A DNA stretch of 63,552 nt, counting the filler, from Octopus bimaculoides (Eukaryota), in the NCBI RefSeq assembly GCF_001194135.2. It is 7 parts of 7 records of this genome, joined end to end, with 100 filler letters (N's around TTAATTAATTAA, not from the genome) between each part and the next. Parts side by side here need not be neighbours in the genome. Positions count along the whole stretch, not along the records: positions 47,624 to 60,689 come from NC_068989.1; positions 60,790 to 63,552 come from NW_026361525.1; 5 more parts are not named here. One strand, 5' to 3'. The translations under genes were made by a program, and so were the position numbers. Shown in pieces: positions 52,901-63,552 of this stretch. How positions within the stretch are numbered: position 1 is the first letter of the stretch; each line of letters begins with the position of its first letter. The notes below the pieces were generated by a model that saw only the letters and a program-made list of their open reading frames with translations, had not been told where the DNA came from and searched no databases.

Positions 52901-53487
52901 TACGTATTAATAACTTTAAAATATTTTAGTTTCTTTTTCTGCTATTGCAAAATAATAATAATTGCTGAATTTGTTTTTGAAGCTTAAAAAAAGCTTTTAT
53001 TTTACCATGTCCTTTTGCAAACCAGCGTCCGCAATGTACGGGTGAACACCGCCAAATTGTATTCGTAAATTTAGATTACTCGTTTTTTTTTTACTGTGCT
53101 GTATTAAAATTTTTTTTTAATATTTGTTTGTAAGCTTAATATAGGTTTTTGTTAACCATGTATCATTGAAAATGCTTTCATATTTGTATTGTCCTTTGAA
53201 ACGCGCGTATGTATTGAATCTAATTTTGTATTAAATCTAATTTTGATTCTACATTTTTTCTCCTCCATTTTTCTATAATTGTTTATGGTACATTTATACC
53301 TATAATGATTTTTTCAACTACTATTTTCATATTCTTATTGCTTGCTCTGGCTGTTTCTTTTTTAATGAATACGATGAATCTTTATTAGAAATCATTCTTT
53401 CTCTATTTTTGGACCTCTCAAAAAGTTTGAATTGCCCTCTTTTGAACTTATTTCCCTCTCACACGTACACACGTACACACGTACACA

Positions 53488-53559
<72 letters not shown>

Positions 53560-54373
53560 GAAATTGTTTCAACGTGCAAGCTATTTCTAATATGTATTAT
53601 TTTGAGTAACTGTCTAGGATGGGAGATTGAGAAGGGATTATTTGTATAACTCGAGCGGAGCAAATATCATAACTTATTTTTATTGGAATATAACGTTTAA
53701 TGTTTTTCACACTTTTGCAAAGATATCAAGTAGATGTACAGACGTACACACTAACATACACGATGGTCATCGATAGATCCACTCGTTTACAAGATTTTAT
53801 TCACAATGAATACATTGGACAAGGTCAATCTTAGGAATACTATTGGTCTTAAGGTACATGGTTAAGGCACCGCAATATGGCGTCGAACGTAGGACCTCAC
53901 ATCAATAAATGTCGTTTCTAATGTGATTAGCATACTTTCACTGACAACATGTATGTACTTAAAATTATGTACATCTATCCTTTAAACCAATACATATGTG
54001 CGAGGTGGGGTAAGTGAGTGTGCACGCACATGTGTGTGTATGTTTCTGTGTATATCATAATGTATGAGTTTTGAAAACTAACTTTATTTGTTTCAGCCAA
54101 AGGATGTAGCCATGCTGGAGCACCAACATTGCTTGCAGCAGCAGACGGCTTTTCATGCAGTCCCGGTGTAAATATTCTCGTATATAGTAGTGTAAACATT
54201 ATACGTATTGCAAACATTAACTGATATGGAACTCAATATGTTCAATAGAGTTGATGGATAAATTTTAATATTTCAAAAATAGACAGTCATCTCTAAGATT
54301 CGTCCTTGGCTGTTCACAGCTGTAGTGAACATGTGTGTGTGTGTGTATGCTCATATAACTTTGTACTTGCATA

Positions 54374-54440
<67 letters not shown>

Positions 54441-55080
54441 ATATATATATAAATCAATATAAATACTATATGTACTATTGTGTGTGTATGTGTGTGCGTG
54501 TGTGTGGGCTTGTGTGTGTGTGTCTGTATGTCTGTGTGTCTGTGTGTCTGTGTAAACATCAGAGTAGGCATGACTAACAACACAAAAGTAGGATGGTTTC
54601 ATAATCATATACACAAAATATTTGTTGGGAAATCAAGAGTTGTAACTTTTATTTCTAAATTGACAATAATGGTTTTCACTTTTCAGCAAAGTGTTTATTC
54701 GATTACGTTTTTATCCTTTCTCAGTGTGTTTCTATGTCAACAGTGATTATTTCGTTGTTGTGTATAGTAGAGTAGGCGCTGCCTTTGCCACAGCATCCTA
54801 TACTTTGCTTTTCAACCACGTAAATTCGAGTTCGTTTCTACAACACTATGTCTTCAGATTTTTCTGCTAAAATTACGTGCTCTCTAAACGAAAATTTATA
54901 GGCAAAAGCTGCGTTAGTGAATCGCACGTGTTTGTGTGTGGGGGGAGTGTGTGTGTGTCTATGTGTATGTGTTTGTATGTGTGTGTGTACATCTGTGCGT
55001 GTGTGTGTCTGTGCGTGTTTGTGTGTGTGTGCATTTGTGCATTTGTGCATGTGTGTGTGTGTGCATGTGTGTGTGCATGC

Positions 55081-55117
<37 letters not shown>

Positions 55118-55252
55118 TGTATGTATGTGTGTGTATGTTTGTGTGCGTGTGCTCCCAACTCCTCACTCCCACACTTTTCTCACGTACACAATACGATTAC
55201 ACGTACTACAATCTCAGGCCCACACTAACCTACGCCAATATACTCCTCATTT

Positions 55253-55470
55253 AAGGCAGCGAGCTGGCAGATATGTTAGCACACAGGGCGAAATGTTTAA
55301 CGGTATTTCGTCTGTCTTTATGTTCTGAGTTCAAATTCCACCGAGGTCGACTTTGACTTTCATCCTTTCGGGGTCGATAAATTAAGTACCAGTTGCATAC
55401 TGGAATCGATCTTATCGACTGCCCCCTCCCCAAAAATTTCGGGCTTTGTGCCTAAATTAGAAAAGAATAT
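55253..55470 (+). mobile_element. SINE family B copy (complete)
   Basis: aggcagcgagctggcag...gagttcaaattcc...tgtgcctaaattagaaaagaat. Confidence 0.8.
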
Positions 55471-55701
55471 TCTCCTCATTTCTGCCCCTTAATGCACCAA
55501 AAACACGCACAGCCATTACGCTTACCTCAAAACACGGATACATTCCAAAACGTTCAGAAACACTCACTCCTCATCCTTTCCACCTCGCTTCTAATCTTTT
55601 ACCCGTTTCTTATTATCTTCCTTTCCCTTTTCAATACCTTCTTTTCCACTCCTTTACATTTCTTCTCATAGAAGATTATTTTTTTCAAAGCTATAAGGGA
55701 A

Positions 55702-56670
55702 ATGACAAAAGAGCATATTCGGCATATTTTGCTTTATGAGTTCAATAAAGGCAACAACGCAAAGGAAAGTGCGAGGAATATTAATGTAGTATATAGGGAT
55801 CGGACAAGAAGCATAAGCCAGTGTCATCATTGGTTCCTGAAATTCCGAGCCGGAAACAACAGCCTAGAAGACAAGCCGCATCCTGGAATATCTGTAGAGC
55901 TCGACGAGGACTTCCTGCAAACCCTGGAGGAACAAAATCCCAGTAGAGAAGTTTCAATTTGGTCATTCAACTATTCATCGACAAAATCAGCAAATTGGGC
56001 TTAAACTGAGTCAATTGGTTCCTCACAACCTTTCCGAGTCTAATCGAACGCAGAGTGTGATGTGTGCTCTTCTTTGCTGTCACGTCTCACGAATGAACAT
56101 TTTTGGACCGAATAATGACTCGACGTGAAATGGGTTCTCTATAAAATGTTAAGCGTCGATGACAGTGGGTAGCGAAAGGAGAAACACCGATACCCCAAAC
56201 TAAAGGTTTTTGCCACGTAACGTATTGTTATCTGTTTGGTGGGATAAAAGATTTAGTCCACTTTGAACTTTTAAACCCAAACTAAGCGATAAGAAAAGAG
56301 CTCTATTTCGAGCAGCTTGAGCGGCTTAAGTCAGCGCTAGAAGGAAAACGACCACCTTTGATTTCAAGACGAAAGGTATTCTTCCATCAGGATAATGCTC
56401 GGCCATATATGATATTCCAAAGGATGGAGCAGTTTCAATTGGAGACAATGCCCCAACCACCATATTCGCCGGACATGCCCCATCTCATTATCATTTATTT
56501 CGCAGTCTTCAAAATCATTTGGAGGAAAAAATTATGAATTCTGCTGACGAGGTCAGAACTGGAGGAGTATTTTTCGTCACGGACAAGTGAATTTTGGAAG
56601 ACGGGTTTTGGAAGTCTTTCAGAGAGACGGAAGAGCATTGTAGAGAATGGAGAGTATGTTTTAGATTACA
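55702..56670 (+). mobile_element. Decayed mariner transposase, TIRs not identified
   Basis: Encodes MTKEHIRHILLYEFNKGNNAKESARNI...WFLKFRAGNNSLEDKPHPG, then frameshifted WVPHNL, FHQDNARPY and PQPPYSPD motifs. Confidence 0.85.
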
Positions 56671-56709
56671 AAAAGAACTTTGTTTATCTTAATATTGAAA
56701 ATTAAAAGA

Positions 56710-57450
56710 GGTATAGTGTTTGAGTGTGCGTGAATGTGTGTGTGGCAGCCATCTTATTAGGGTCAGAAGAGAAGACTGTGGTCCTCCAAGCCGCACGTAT
56801 AACGCAGAATTGGCAAGGGCAGGGCCTGGAGAGGATCATCCAGGCCGCTCCGAAGAACCTGAAAAAGATGGTCGATACCATATGGGTAACAGACGAGGTG
56901 AGGCTGAGAGTCATGGTGGAGGGCAAGACGCCCCGATGTTATAAGTGTGGCCAGATAGGGCCACATAAGTGTGGAGTGCCCTCCGACTGTCGCAAAGGCA
57001 CTAGCAGTAATTCAGAAAATCGCACCTCCACCTCCTGCGTCGTCATATGGTACAGAAGTTTGTGAAGAGAACCTGACAAAGAGGAGGAAACAGCAAATAG
57101 ATGGAGTACAGTCAACAAGAAATGGAAAGAGAAGAGTACAATTTGATAATGTGAATCCCCCGACCCCACCCTGCTCCATTCTGTCCCACCTCCCCCCTGC
57201 AGTCACCAACCCTCACCCTGCCTCACCATACATTGACACAAATGCAGACAAACAGGAACCTGTCTTGTACAATAACTCATATAACGGTCTAAGAGAAGAG
57301 ATAAGTGACTTGAACTTATCGGACGTGTTGGAGTGTAAGGAGTCGCCTACTCATGTGGAATGCGCCCTGGTGAATAACGAAAACCTACTCAGTCTGATGG
57401 AGAAATATGGGAAGAATATCATCGACATCGCGGCAGGAGGTCAACATTGA
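56710..57450 (+). mobile_element. L1/Tx1-like ORF1 fragment with CCHC zinc knuckle
   Basis: Reads LRVMVEGKTPRCYKCGQIG-(+1 frameshift)-HISVECP, i.e. CX2CX4HX4C, followed by a Pro/Lys-rich tail ending at stop 57450. Confidence 0.65.
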
Positions 57451-57559
57451 CGAATTGCCGCCAACGATAGGCTTCTATAATATTTATTTTAAAAACTTCG
57501 AAATGGAATGATTAAATGTGCTTTTCAAATGTTTTTCATTATTGTTTAAAATGTGTTAA

Positions 57560-58600
57560 AAGGTTAAATGTTGTCACTTGGAGTGTGGGGGTTGAGCGGC
57601 CTTCATACCATTATTTGCTGATAATTTCGTAATTCTTTTAGAAATACTTTTGACGACTGATTTTAATATATTAGCGGGGTGATTTGATGATTTGTTCACA
57701 TATCTCGTACTTTCAGCTGGTTTCCTATAGGGGTGGTATAATATTGAGTTAATGTCTAATGTAGTATCCAAGAAATTTTCCACCTTTCTGCCGTATTCAA
57801 ACGTAATTCCTAAGTTGAAGCTCTTAAAAACATTTCTAATTCTTTTTCACATTCTGTCTATGACCGATTTGTTGTTGCTAGGGATAATAAATAGAGCATC
57901 AGCTATATATAAACCTCCCTGCAACTCAGAGATTTCGCTATTAAGGCACTTTAAGAGATATGCACCAACTAGGTTAGCAATTTCCACCGAATCACTAGAG
58001 CCCATAGCTATATCGAAATTATCAAGGGTATCGGACCTCATCCCTAGCTTACCCTCAAATTCTATGATAGTCTTCCTGGCTAAAAGAATAATGTCAATGT
58101 TATCCCTAGTTGTGAGAGAAAGGATTTTGCGAAAATTAGGAATTTGTTAAGAAGAAGATTTGCTAGAATACGAACTGTTAATATCAAATTGAATAAACGA
58201 ATAATTTACGTATATTTTCAATGTATTTGAACCAATATATCATTTCATCCGTATCAACCCATAATTTTTGAGAGATAGATTAGGAATTATTAGGGGTAGT
58301 AAAGTATCCAACCTATATCGGACTTCGTCGGGCAAATCAGTCTAACAAGCAGAATTATCCTGGAAGTTATTTTTATGGTCCTTGAGGTTAATTCTTGGTT
58401 CATTTGGTTTTAAGGGTTCGGTTCTATCCGCTAGGACATATTCCATCGTATTTTTTTTTAACTTCTAAGTTGATGTCCTCTGTATTAACATCCTAGGTTT
58501 TATTAGCGTCTTGCCTCTTTAACTGGTAATTAACATCATGATTTAGAGTCTTCCCCTACCCAGCCTCCGTTTAATATACAGTTACTCTATATCCAATTTA
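57560..58600 (-). mobile_element. Penelope-like element reverse transcriptase fragment
   Basis: Frameshifted motifs INLKDHKNNFQ..RLICPTKSDIG, FIQFDI, FDIAMGSSDSVEIANLVGAYLL, GGLYIADAL, ENFLDTTLD and HPYRKP...YVNKSSNHPANILK. Confidence 0.85.
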
Positions 58601-59046
58601 CTACTCCTAATGTCCTCTTCCTTCCCTGAAGAAAATGGATACATATGATAATATTTATGACCATAGCTAGCCATGATCTGTCAACTCACTCTTGTCCTTC
58701 ATTCTAAACAGACACAGTCCTCTAATCTTAGATTTAGCAGTTGTTAAAAAGACAAATAAATTAGAATTGAACCACAATCCTTTACGAGCTATGACCCCAG
58801 TGGGATTCATGCCATTCTCAGAAGTGTAGTTTATTCTTAGCTTTAATAGCGACAACATGAATTTCGTGCATCTTCTTGTTCTATTATAAAGTATTTGAGA
58901 AAAAATATATTAATGTATCCAACTGGTTAAAATTCTATTTGTTTGTGCATTTAAATTGATGTAATGTTTGCATTGTTCAATTAAATGGAGTCACTTGCAA
59001 CGGTCGTACTGCATCACTCCTTGATATCCTGTTGCTATTTTTGATA

Positions 59047-59089
<43 letters not shown>

Positions 59090-59091
59090 CA

Positions 59092-59226
59092 CAGGGAGTC
59101 CACAAAGTCTGGGTACATGGAGTAAATAAAATCATAACATAAACAATTAATATAAGATAATATAAGAAATAATAATTTCTTAAAGTATGTGTTAATCCCA
59201 TGTACCCAGATTTTGTGAACACCCTG
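59092..59226. mobile_element. 135-bp Tc1/mariner-type MITE
   Basis: ~29-bp TIRs cagggagtccacaaagtctgggtacatgg / ccatgtacccagattttgtgaacaccctg, with TA on the right flank. Confidence 0.75.
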
Positions 59227-61033
59227 TACATATGTTCATATGACGCGGTTTCTTGTCTTCCAGTGGCATGTTATGAAGTCACACTGTATTAGTCTAGTAA
59301 GTTAATTACTTTAATATACAGCTTCATTGTTGGGTTTTTTTACAATGTATACTACACCAGATTCGCAAGTACAGCACCTGCCACTCACAAGCGACAATGG
59401 GTTAATAACATCAGCCTAGGTTGAGTTAATTACATGAGGTTCCTATGTAGCCACTTATGGGGACACACTCTTGTTTCTATCACCCTTGATTCAGTTGGTC
59501 GTATACAAAATGCGACAGATGGAGGGCAGAAGCGCAGCATCAGCAAGCTAATAGTACTCATTATACCTGGGTTAACTGGAGCAATATGAAATAAAAAATA
59601 CGTTGCTCAATGATGCAAGACACAACGCAACAACCGATGCAGGAATTGATCTCATTGTCTCATAATTATGAACCGAATGTCCTAACCACTAAGTGACATA
59701 CCTTCACTGACACCAATGAATATCTAGCACAAGAGTTAGGAGTCAATATAATCGACAAATACTCTTGATAGAGGTGCAACAGCATGGCCATAGCCCAAAT
59801 ATTGAAACTAGAATTGGAATATGATGAAAATAAAGTTTCCAAAATCTGTTTACTGAATAAACATCGGATTTTTATTATTTGGCTTATTTAAATTTATATA
59901 ACTTTCTCTTTGTTCTTGTATTTATTTTTATTCTTTGCTTATCCTTTTCTTTTACTGAATTTATTTACTCATACTGAAAACAATTTATTTAATGTAATTC
60001 TGAAGCAAATTTAAATAAACTGATTTACTTATAAATGAAATGAAATTGAATCTTAAAAAGAAAAACAAAGAAAGTAATTCAGAAGTTCGTTTCAGTTCAT
60101 CGTTTTTCATTCAAAACCTCAAGGAGAGACTTTGAAAAGAAATATACTTTCAAATAGGAAAATTTAAAATTTCAATAAATAAATAAATAAAATGACTTCT
60201 AGTATAGATGTGTAGTTAAGAAGTTTGAATTGCAACCTCGTGGTTCCAGATTCGATCTCAATTCTCATTATTATCAATACTTATTAAGTGGAATTTATTC
60301 TGTTGAATAAATGTGTGTGATTTTTTAGTGTATATCAGTGAAGGTTATAAACGTCATCGAAAACTCCAGTGTCTTACAAGTGAAAATCCTTCAGATATTT
60401 AGTTTGCATCGAATGAAATAAACTCGCTTTCTCCTTTCACAATCAGAAATGCAGTGAACCAGTGATTGGTGCGTTAGAAACCTCTAGCCAACGACGTTAT
60501 TATTGACTAATTGAGATATAAAATTTCAGAAGAAAATAACTAAAAACAAAGACATAAATATAGAATAGAAATAATAGAAGTATTTTAATACCTTAATCAA
60601 TTCAGAGACTTCCAGTTTTATTTCTAATTAACTACCTACCTTTCTTCTATTACTGAAATATTGGAAATTTTTGTCATACTTTCATATATNNNNNNNNNNN
60701 NNNNNNNNNNNNNNNNNNNNNNNNNNNNNNNNNTTAATTAATTAANNNNNNNNNNNNNNNNNNNNNNNNNNNNNNNNNNNNNNNNNNNNATGATGATGAT
60801 GATATATACATATATTATGGACTCACCCGTCATTAGATGATGTATGAGCGTTCGGCAGTTTCTTGATGAACAACCATGCAGATGATTTGTTTATAGCGAT
60901 CAAATGTTTGTTTGTGTAGACATAAGCTCACTCCCTCCATCAGATCATGTTGAAGTATGTGAAAGTGACTTAAAAAAAGAGATAAGCCAGCCAACAGTCT
61001 TCTTTCTTATGCATAGACGTGATGAAAACCATT

Positions 61034-61260
61034 AAGCTAGGTAACCACATTTGGAGCCTGAAGGCCAAAAATACCCACACATCATCAAGTGGCACATCAT
61101 AACATGATCCATGCTATACATTAACGGGTCAAAGAGGTGCAGGTTTTGTATAAACATCAGATTGGAAATATTTACAAGATGCAAGCATCTTGATAAGTTT
61201 GCTATCAAACTGGATAACACCTCCCTTTTTGGAATAAGCATACAGTCTTAGAAGCTTTAG
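61034..61260 (+). mobile_element. C-terminal part of a Penelope-like GIY-YIG domain (different lineage from 27225)
   Basis: Reads KLGNHIWSLKAKN..(frameshift)IKWHII...YINGSKRCRFCINIRLEI, matching LSKHIWxLK...IKW...YxNGSKRCxLC. Confidence 0.75.
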
Positions 61261-62108
61261 CCTATCCCTCTTGGATTAACTCCATCAACCATTTTTAATT
61301 CCCATTCTTATGGAAAAAAGGGGTGCAAATTTTATCTCCATTCATTAGAAGATTTCCTTTTCTCATTTCTTATTTTTTCCTCATTTTCTTCTTCTTTCTC
61401 CCTTTTTCTATGAGAGCAACAATGTTTACTTTGAGCCTAAGCAATTGCAAGACAGTACACAACATGCTTCACACACTTGTCTGATTATTGTAATATCCAA
61501 GCATGAAAATTACAGTAGCTCATGTTTAAATCTTGTGTATATCAAATGACAGACCACCACTGCTACTGCCATCACAACCACCACCACCAAACCATCATCA
61601 TCATCACCACCATCATCATCATCATCATCACCATCACCACTACTACCACTGCCACGACCATCTTCATCTCCACCTTCATGTAGGCAACCCAAACAAACAC
61701 CACTCTACTCAGTCTCTGAGATGAAACAACAATAACTACAAATATAATACAACTACAACAAGAACAACAGCCTCAACAACAATAGTAAAAAAACAACAAG
61801 ATTTAAGTCTTGTAAGAATTATGGAAATAAAAGTGTGTGTCTATATATGTATGTATGTATGTGTGTGTGTGAGTATGTGTGTACTTATAGATGTGCATGT
61901 ACATATAATTTATATTTGTATATTTCCATATGCATATATATTTATATACATACAGACAAATAGATGTATCCACACTACACATGAATATACATACATATGT
62001 ATGTGTGTGTGTGTGTGTGTATATATGTGTCTGTGTGCATTTGTGTGTGTATCTATATATATACATACACAAATACACACCAAGTACACACACACATACA
62101 AATTTATG

Positions 62109-62156
<48 letters not shown>

Positions 62157-62199
62157 GAACACAATGATATATATATATCTACACACATATAAACATACA

Positions 62200-62255
<56 letters not shown>

Positions 62256-62392
62256 CACACACACGCAATTTATGTACATGCACAGTGATATATATATATA
62301 AATACATACAGACACACACACACACACATATATATATATACATATAATGAGAGACACAGAATGAGAAGGAAATTAGAGAGAGAGGGAGGGAG

Positions 62393-62429
<37 letters not shown>

Positions 62430-62779
62430 TCCCAGTCAATGCTTAATCCTGTTGTAAATATATTTAATGTCTGTTCATTGTAAACATGTAATTTCTCATT
62501 GATAGTCACAGAAGAGAGATGGAATAAGATTAAAAGAGTACAGATTTAATGGAGATAGAGCAAGGTCGTGTGTGTATGTGAGAGAGAGAGAGAAAAGGGG
62601 GATGGGAGCGAGAGAAAGGGAGGGAGGGAGGGAGAGAAAAAGAGAGAGAGATTTGATTGATATGGCTGGCTGGCTAGCTGGTTGGTTGGTTGGTAGATTG
62701 GTGGAGCAAGTTAATGGATATACAGGTAGATAGGTACATGGTTAGTATTCAGATAAACATATGTACATAAATGCACTAA

Positions 62780-63075
62780 TGCCACGTTAAAAGCACTCAG
62801 TTCTCTCTGTGGGGTGGTTGATGTTAGGAAGGGCATCCAGCCATAAAAACCCTGCCAAAACAGACACAGAAGTCTGGTGTAGTCTTCTACCTGACTGGCT
62901 CCTGTCAACCATCCTATTCATGCATGGAAAACAAATGTTAACTGAAGATGATGATGATGATGACGATATATCATCATCATCATCATCGTTTAACGTCCGC
63001 CTTCTATGCTGGCATGGGTTGGACAGTTTGACTGAGGAATGGCAAGCCAGATGGCTGCACCAGGCTCCAATCTGA
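62780..63075. mobile_element. Two family D 3' ends in tail-to-tail inverted orientation
   Basis: The + copy ends in (GAT)n. It is followed immediately by (CAT)n and the reverse complement of the same 3' end. Confidence 0.7.
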
Positions 63076-63212
63076 TATATATATATATATATATCGTTAA
63101 TTAAATATATTCTGTTAGAATATTATACACTGAATTTATAATGGGTGCTCCTTGTATAAAATGTCAAAAATATTAATTTATAAAGTATTTAGACATTAAT
63201 GCGAGCGATTAT

Positions 63213-63482
63213 ATATACTGTATTTTGAAATAATAGCACGAAATTCAATATCAAAAATTCCTCACAAAGATATATATGTCTAAAATAGTATTGTATTAAA
63301 AATATATTGTATTAAAAATATATATAAATATATGAAACATGACAGCTTAAAAATTTGTTAATTAATGCATCTTATGATTGTTTCCCAAAAGTATTGTCTA
63401 CAATACTATTTTAGACATATATATCTTTGTGAGGAATTTTAGATAATGGATATCATGCTATTATTTGAAAATACATGTATAT
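63213..63482. mobile_element. AT-rich foldback MITE, ~85-bp TIRs with a 42-bp perfect core
   Basis: 63254-63295 is the exact reverse complement of 63399-63440. The outer arms are imperfect and TA-flanked. Confidence 0.75.
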
Positions 63483-63502
63483 ATATATATATATATATAT
63501 GT

Positions 63503-63552
63503 GTAGCCTGGGCCAAGTTTAGAGAGCTCTTACCTCTGCTGGCGACAAAGGG
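63503..63552 (+). mobile_element. Start of a 5'-truncated RTE-clade LINE RT fragment running off the window
   Basis: Encodes VAWAKFRELLPLLATKG directly after a TA tract, which is typical of the RTE RT thumb-proximal region. Confidence 0.6.

Overview
Eukaryotic, AT-rich, heavily gapped draft-assembly scaffold. The dense microsatellites and the SINE/LINE repertoire point to a coleoid cephalopod, probably Octopus (inference). Only one intact host gene is supported: a single-exon CDS (33841-35175, minus strand) for a type-I acyl-CoA thioesterase / BAAT-ACNAT family enzyme with a Ser-Asp-His triad and a C-terminal peroxisomal signal (-SRL). The rest is transposon debris. This includes an ~8 kb head-to-tail nest of R4/Dong-like restriction-like-endonuclease (REL) retrotransposons separated by (AAT)n tracts, a full-length decayed mariner with intact TIRs, a second mariner, a Tigger/pogo relic, Penelope-like fragments, L1/Tx1 and RTE fragments, three tRNA-derived SINE families and several MITE/foldback elements. 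The most notable unexplained structures are a perfect 65-bp inverted repeat upstream of the thioesterase exon, a 25-bp snap-back hairpin at a retrotransposon 5' junction, and a hammerhead-ribozyme-like motif. No CRISPR, rRNA or true tRNA genes were seen. Most ORFs in the supplied track are microsatellite or N-gap artefacts.
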